Shown: one piece after another, positions 27,070 to 32,000 of the stretch
How the letters are laid out: the number at the start of each line of letters is the position of its first letter
Numbering within the stretch: the first letter of the stretch is position 1
NCBI RefSeq assembly: GCF_002075285.3
Contig: NZ_CP021983.2
Coordinates: forward strand, 3,300,001-3,332,000
Source of the DNA: Halomicronema hongdechloris C2206
GTDB lineage: Bacteria > Cyanobacteriota > Cyanobacteriia > Phormidesmidales > Phormidesmidaceae
Reading direction: 5' to 3'
Length of the DNA stretch: 32,000 nt
Notes under the pieces: model-generated
What the model was told of the DNA's origin: nothing
The model's input: only the letters and a program-made list of their open reading frames with translations
Databases searched by the model: none
Translations under genes and position numbers: made by a program

Positions 27070-29454
27070 TCATGCTAATCGTCGTTCGATGGCCGTACTC
27101 CAGGTCTGCTGCAGGGTATCCACTGGGGTTGATAGCACGACGGCCCCATCGGCAGTTTGTAGGCGCATGTTATCTGCGGTTTCCCCTACCCGCCCCAACC
27201 ACTGCCAGACGTCGGGCAGCTGAGCCGCTAAGTAATTTTCCCAGGTCTGCCGGTGCTGGGGGGCTAGGGAGACAATGATGCGAGCCCCCCCTTCTCCAAA
27301 CAGCAGATGATCCCAGCGCAGTCCCTGTTGAGCTAACCCTGTATCGGTCACTGGCAGCGTCACATTGATGCCGTGGTGGCCACTAATGCATGCCTCTGCC
27401 AGAGCCACCGCCAGTCCCCCTTCAGCACAATCATGGGCAGAGCGAATCCACCCCTGGGCGATGCCATGACGACAGGCCGCCTGAACTCGCATTTCTAGGG
27501 CCATATCGACGGCAGGGGGGCGACCGGCAACGGTTTGGTGCAGCCTGGCCAAGTAGTCGGACCCTCCCAGAGTAACTAGGGCCCGATGGTCCGGAGCCTT
27601 AGCCGTTAAGGTGGCGCCGATAGGAACCCCAAGCAGATAAATGTCATCTTCTGCCTGTTGCCACCCCTGGCCGCATACTCGGTTGAGATCTCGCACTAGT
27701 CCAACCATACCCACCACCGGAGTCGGATAAATGGGCTGAGGCTGACCAGTGGCATCGACCGTCTCATTGTAGAGAGAGACATTGCCGCCGGTCACTGGGG
27801 TGCCAAAGGTGGCACAGGCTGCTGCCAAGCCCCGGCAGGCCTCGGATAACTGCCAATAGCCCATGGGGTTCTCCGGGCTGCCAAAATTGAGGTTATCAGT
27901 GACGGCGACGGGCTCAGCTCCGACACAGCTGAGATTGCGAGCAGCTTCGGCCACCGTTGCTTTGGCCCCATCATAGGGGTTGAGATAGACATGGCGAGCA
28001 TTGCAATCGACTGTGGCCGCTAGACCACGATGGGCCGTTGTCGGTTCTCCTGTGGGGGTGACTGGGCGCAGCCGCACCACTGCCGCATCGCTGCCTCCTG
28101 GTAATTGCACCGTATTATTCTGGACCTGATGGTCATATTGGCGATAAACCCAGTGCTTAGAAGCCAGGCTGGGCGTATCCAACAGGGTCAAGAGCACCGA
28201 TTCCCAGGCCTGTTCCTGGATGCCTCCTAGGGAGCAGGGCGGTAATTGGGCCACGGTCCATTGCCAAGCTTGGCGGGCATAGTCCGGTGGGGAATTAGGG
28301 GCCTGACGCTGATAGAGGGGAGTATTCTCGGCCAAGGCCAGGGCTGGAATCTCTGCGGCTACCTGTCCTTGATGGCGAATACGGACCATGGGATCGGTGA
28401 TTACATGGCCAGCCACCACGGCATGGAGGCCCCAACGCTGGAAGATATTGATTAACTCTCCCTCTCGTCCCTGTTCCACCACAAACAGCATGCGCTCTTG
28501 GGACTCTGACAAGAGGTATTCGTAAGGCACCATACCTGTCTCCCGCACGGGAATCAGATCGAGGTCTAAGTCGATGCCAACGTGGCCCTTAGCGGCCATT
28601 TCGGCGGTAGAACAGGTGATACCAGCGGCTCCCATATCTTGAGCCGCCACAACAGCGCCGGTTTTGAAGGCCTCTAGACAGGCTTCTACCAGGGATTTTT
28701 CCAAGAATGGATCGCCCACCTGCACCGCCGGTCGTTTGGCTTCTGAGTCATCGGTTAGCTCGGCGCTGGCAAAGCTGGCGCCGCCCATGCCATCTCGGCC
28801 CGTGGTAGACCCTACATACAATACTGGATTACCGATGCCTGAGGCTCCGGCTTTCATGATGTCTGGAATTTCCATCAAGCCAATGGCCATGGCATTGACC
28901 AGAGGATTGCCGGCATAGGCTGGGTCAAAATAGACTTCCCCACCCACCGTGGGAACCCCAAAGCAGTTGCCGTAGTGAGCGATGCCGGAGACAACTCCGG
29001 TAAAAATGCGGCGGCTGCGGGCTTGTTCGAGAGAGCCGAATCGCAGGGAATTAAGGACGGCAATGGGGCGAGCCCCCATAGTGAAGATGTCCCGTAAGAT
29101 ACCTCCTACGCCGGTCGCGGCCCCCTGAAAAGGTTCTACGGCTGAGGGATGATTGTGGGATTCGATCTTAAAGGCCACCCGCAGCCCCTCTCCCATATCG
29201 ACGACACCGGCGTTTTCCCCGGGGCCGACCAAGATGCGATCGCCTTGGGTAGGAAATTGCTGCAGCAGGGGGCGAGAATTCTTATAGCAACAGTGCTCTG
29301 ACCACATCACCCCAAACATACCCAGCTCGGCACGGTTGGGATGACGGCCGAGACGCTGCACGATCTCATCGTATTCGTCGGGTTTAATGCCTTCGGCAGT
29401 GATCTCTGCCTCAGAAAATGGAGCCGTCGACAGTGCCGATGAGGAGGCGGTCAT
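27070..29454 (-). CDS. purL: Phosphoribosylformylglycinamidine synthase subunit PurL (FGAM synthase II)
   Basis: 794 aa, [17 protein letters not shown]...[32 protein letters not shown]...; duplicated PurM-like domains. Confidence 0.96.
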   Translation of the reverse strand: MTASSSALSTAPFSEAEITAEGIKPDEYDEIVQRLGRHPNRAELGMFGVMWSEHCCYKNSRPLLQQFPTQGDRILVGPGENAGVVDMGEGLRVAFKIESHNHPSAVEPFQGAATGVGGILRDIFTMGARPIAVLNSLRFGSLEQARSRRIFTGVVSGIAHYGNCFGVPTVGGEVYFDPAYAGNPLVNAMAIGLMEIPDIMKAGASGIGNPVLYVGSTTGRDGMGGASFASAELTDDSEAKRPAVQVGDPFLEKSLVEACLEAFKTGAVVAAQDMGAAGITCSTAEMAAKGHVGIDLDLDLIPVRETGMVPYEYLLSESQERMLFVVEQGREGELINIFQRWGLHAVVAGHVITDPMVRIRHQGQVAAEIPALALAENTPLYQRQAPNSPPDYARQAWQWTVAQLPPCSLGGIQEQAWESVLLTLLDTPSLASKHWVYRQYDHQVQNNTVQLPGGSDAAVVRLRPVTPTGEPTTAHRGLAATVDCNARHVYLNPYDGAKATVAEAARNLSCVGAEPVAVTDNLNFGSPENPMGYWQLSEACRGLAAACATFGTPVTGGNVSLYNETVDATGQPQPIYPTPVVGMVGLVRDLNRVCGQGWQQAEDDIYLLGVPIGATLTAKAPDHRALVTLGGSDYLARLHQTVAGRPPAVDMALEMRVQAACRHGIAQGWIRSAHDCAEGGLAVALAEACISGHHGINVTLPVTDTGLAQQGLRWDHLLFGEGGARIIVSLAPQHRQTWENYLAAQLPDVWQWLGRVGETADNMRLQTADGAVVLSTPVDTLQQTWSTAIERRLA

Positions 29455-29829
29455 GGTGTCAGCGGATAAAGGACGAACTTCATTGTATAGCGTTGACCAG
29501 CCGATTCTGACTACGCTGAATTAGAGGTCCCTTGCTCAAAACCGTTGCGTGTTGAGAACCGTGGCTCAAACTCCGCTTTCTCCTCCCTGATCAACCGCGG
29601 CTGGCTTTACCTGTGAGAGCTGGCCCCCTCAACATGAGAATTGCTGGGCTACTCAAGATTATCGGGAGGAGCGCTGGCTGTTGACTTGTCAGTACTTGTA
29701 TTTTTTCAGGAAGTAGCTGTGATCACTGTCACCAGTCCGTGTGATAAAGATCGTGTGAACTACAGTGGGAAATGAGCATACTTAGGTTGACTCAACTCTA
29801 GCCGAGTCATCTACAGGGAACACACAACC

Positions 29830-29866
29830 AACCGACAGCCCTTTGGGAATCTGTCGGTTTTTTATT
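29830..29866 (+). terminator. Orphan intrinsic terminator (plus-strand polarity) in a gene-free spacer
   Basis: AACCGACAG (29830-29838) pairs with CTGTCGGTT (29851-29859). The loop CCCTTTGGGAAT can extend the stem via CCC/GGG. A T-run follows at 29858-29863. No plus-strand CDS ends upstream of it. On the minus strand the hairpin lacks a clean U-tail. Confidence 0.65.
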
Positions 29867-30067
29867 GGTCATTGGCTTCAATGAATTTGTCTCTGTGGGC
29901 CTTTCCCTGGCCCAGTGTGACCTTGTTAAGACTGGACTTAGTCTGACAAGCCAGGGGGGACTCCCGGGGGATTTCGCTTCCCTAGCCCCCTGCGACCAGG
30001 GCATTCCGCTTGTGGTGTATGGCTTTCAGCCAGGCTTCGCCAAGCGCGACAGCGGCTCCGCTCGTAG

Positions 30068-30261
30068 TGAGCGAAGTCGAACTGCAGGAGCAACCTGCCA
30101 AACTACCGTCCTGGATCTGCGGAAGGGCTTATCGGTTAGTAGCGCTAGATCGCGTCGCATCGGCAAGGCAGCAATGAATTGTGAATTGTGAATTGTGAAT
30201 TGAAGCCTTCTGCCCTCTGCCTTCTTACTTCCCCTATCTCCCCACCCTTCGACTTCGCTCA
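30068..30261. repeat. 14-bp inverted-repeat pair enclosing a heptamer array (MITE / small-dispersed-repeat-like structure)
   Basis: TGAGCGAAGTCGAA (30068-30081) is the exact reverse complement of TTCGACTTCGCTCA (30248-30261). An inner pair AAGGCAG (30164-30170) / CTGCCTT (30221-30227) flanks the TGAATTG array. Confidence 0.5.
30175..30202. repeat. Heptamer tandem array TGAATTG x4 (perfect)
   Basis: Copies at 30175, 30182, 30189 and 30196. Read directly from the sequence. Confidence 0.9.
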
Positions 30262-30281
30262 GGGCAAGTCTCCCTATCTCC

Positions 30282-30920
30282 CTAACCCATGGTGCTGATG
30301 GTATTTTTCCAAGCCAGTTCCTTACACAGGATGGCTAGGGCTCGTTTATCCGTGTCTTGGAAAAGGCTACTGCTGACTAAATCTGATAGCACCTGGTAGG
30401 CGAGTTGGTTGGCAAACAGCCCTCCAGCTCGGAGCAGGTGGGTGTAATACCTGAATTGACAATGACCGTCAGGACCTCGATGAAACTGGTAGATGGCTTC
30501 GGAGGACATTTGACGGACGGGGGTATTGACTGGCACTACTACTCTAGGAATGCCGTGAACACCGTAGTTACCTTGGGCTCCAGATACCATGGTACCCACT
30601 AGGATTACGCCTAGTAGGGTGCGGGTTTCTTGAATTAGATCGGGAGTGAACAGGGGGTCAGGTTCGCTGGACAGCCGAGGACCACTGTTGAGAAACAGGG
30701 GATTGAAGAGTTGCGAGTTATAGACTAGTCCCACGGCCCAATGGCGTTGATCGTTTTCGAGGGCGACAAACTGGCTGAAGCCGAAGTCTTCTGGGGTAGG
30801 GGCGGCGGTGACATCGGTAGCGTCATCCACCTGTACCACATAGTCACAGTGGGAATTTGACTTGACAACTCGGCCAATGCGACGTTTGGGGACGCAAGCA
30901 ACGTCAGAAACAGCTGGCAT
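30282..30920 (-). CDS. Hypothetical protein, 212 aa
   Basis: ATG-initiated ORF with no competing frame. The soluble-looking sequence is (IGRVVKSNSHCDYVVQVDD...WAVGLVYNSQLFNP...GVILVGTM...). I cannot assign a family from memory. Confidence 0.6.
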   Translation of the reverse strand: MPAVSDVACVPKRRIGRVVKSNSHCDYVVQVDDATDVTAAPTPEDFGFSQFVALENDQRHWAVGLVYNSQLFNPLFLNSGPRLSSEPDPLFTPDLIQETRTLLGVILVGTMVSGAQGNYGVHGIPRVVVPVNTPVRQMSSEAIYQFHRGPDGHCQFRYYTHLLRAGGLFANQLAYQVLSDLVSSSLFQDTDKRALAILCKELAWKNTISTMG

Positions 30921-31034
30921 GGAGATATCTGAAGTGCAACGTTGGCCAGATAGCTGGGGGGATAGAGAGCAAGGTCCAGCTAGCGAATTTATTGGCTGAT
31001 ACTAACGCAACAAGGGGGAGCTACCAATACTAAC

Positions 31035-31056
31035 GAGGGGTGCGATCGCACCCCTC
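31035..31056 (-). terminator. 22-bp perfect palindrome centred on HIP1, 46 nt downstream of the apcD stop; candidate terminator hairpin
   Basis: GAGGGGTGCGATCGCACCCCTC is its own reverse complement. On the minus strand it is followed by GTTAGTATTGG, which is only moderately U-rich. Confidence 0.45.
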
Positions 31057-31101
31057 TGCTGGGCCATGAGTTAACCGAACAGGCCCATTGTTAGGTTAGG
31101 G

Positions 31102-31587
31102 CTAAGCCATGGTCTGAATGATGTAATCGAAATAGGGTTCAGCCTCGGCGGCATCGTCATCGGACAACAGACCCAGGGATGCTTCCTTCAGGCAGCGGAT
31201 GGCCTCGACCATGCCAGGGACTGGTACATCTAGGGCGTTATACATTTCGCGTACGCCGACCAGGCCAATGCTCTCGATGGGCTGCTTGTCCCCCGCTAAA
31301 ATGCCGTAGGTCACCAGGCGCAGGTACCAACCATAGTCGCGAATGCAGAGAGCCCGTTGCTTCTGCCCATAGGCATTACCCCCGGGGGCAATGAAATCAG
31401 GACGGCGTTTCCAAAGTTCTTTGCTAGCTTGATCGACGACTTTTTTTTCGTTCTCAGCCAACGTTTCGGCGATGCGCATACGCTGCACACCGGTGTTCAA
31501 AAAGTCTCCAATTGTCTTGAGCTCGCCGCTAGTAGGATAGCGCAGCTCATCGTCGGCATTCAGGATGACTTGGCTAACGACAGACAT
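31102..31587 (-). CDS. apcD: Allophycocyanin alpha-B subunit (ApcD-type)
   Basis: 161 aa, [49 protein letters not shown]...[33 protein letters not shown]...[10 protein letters not shown]. The [10 protein letters not shown] stretch and the N-terminus match ApcD rather than ApcA (which has LRDLDYYLRL). Confidence 0.92.
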   Translation of the reverse strand: MSVVSQVILNADDELRYPTSGELKTIGDFLNTGVQRMRIAETLAENEKKVVDQASKELWKRRPDFIAPGGNAYGQKQRALCIRDYGWYLRLVTYGILAGDKQPIESIGLVGVREMYNALDVPVPGMVEAIRCLKEASLGLLSDDDAAEAEPYFDYIIQTMA

Positions 31588-32000
31588 AATTTATATGATG
31601 ACCGCGATGACTCTATATCGTTGATAGTTTAGCGACTTCGAGGGACTCAAGGGAAGTCATTTTCTCACCTGTCTTGGCTAGTCATGGGCCTAAGCTGCGG
31701 GAATTTGCCTGCGGATAAAGACACAAGTTCCTTGATTCCGCAATGGTTTCCTCTCATTCCCTGATAGAGATCAACAAGATGAGACAGTCAAGATTTTATG
31801 TAACGAAAATGATACATACACCCAGTCTAGGGCTGGCGCGCTTAAGGCTTTCGGATAAATTCCTCGGTTTAAGTTGGGACAGAGACTTAGAGACAGCGGC
31901 GCACAGGTGCATGCGCGGGTAATGATCTGGGGCTCGGCCCCCTTGTCCCGCCATCTTGGGGAGAACGATGGCAGCGAATCGTCACGTCTAGACTGGGATT

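Noticed and set aside
29455-29700. Riboswitch (ZTP/pfl, purine, PRPP-type) in the purL leader, and likewise upstream of purF and metF
   Set aside because: I read the minus-strand leaders for the conserved cores I remember (e.g. the pfl-type GGGTCGTGACTGGCG...CCGCCTGGGC, and the purine three-way junction) and found none. A TACAAT -10-like box only about 35 nt from the purL ATG suggests a short leader. A covariance-model scan would be needed to exclude this formally.
29807-30191. ORFs 29807..30004 (-, 65 aa) and 29865..30191 (+, 108 aa)
   Set aside because: They overlap each other on opposite strands and run through hairpin and repeat DNA. The translations (e.g. ...KRDSGSARSERSRTAGAT...) look repeat-driven rather than protein-like.
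24860-30203. Possibility that the tandem repeat blocks (24860-24993, 30175-30203) are CRISPR arrays
   Set aside because: The units are 7-8 nt and directly abutting with no spacers. There are no cas genes or leader in the window. They are STRR-type microsatellites, not CRISPR.

Overview
Chromosomal core region of a cyanobacterium with roughly mid-50s % GC by eye. The assignment rests on photosynthesis genes (psaC, petC-petA, apcD) and 14 perfect copies of the HIP1 octamer GCGATCGC. I can support about 23 intact protein genes, almost all housekeeping: glgC (partial), metF, trpS, tkt, fabF-acpP, psaC, prs, petCA, purF, purL, apcD. A glycosyltransferase / M48 peptidase / DUF4139 cluster and a few conserved-hypothetical genes (DUF429, DUF3067, MFS, GT39-like) make up the rest. 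Two genes look decayed: a GT4-type glycosyltransferase with two uncompensated +1 frame changes, and a DUF4058 gene with an internal deletion plus frame change. I found no rRNA, no convincing tRNA, no CRISPR array, no transposase or integrase, and no recognisable defence or toxin-antitoxin module. I do not see a clear novel multi-gene system here. The unexplained signal sits in the intergenic DNA: (i) heptamer tandem arrays (STRR-like) at 24.88-24.99 kb and 30.18-30.20 kb; (ii) an 827-bp gene-free spacer (29455-30281) with an orphan intrinsic terminator and a 14-bp inverted-repeat pair around one heptamer array; (iii) four tandem ~16-nt repeats and three ~12-nt repeats upstream of prs; (iv) a 524-bp purL-purF spacer with an ATGA-coupled 83-codon ORF; (v) an unclassifiable 746-aa membrane-anchored protein at the end of the glycosyltransferase operon. 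All family names come from my own reading of the translated ORFs. No database search was run.
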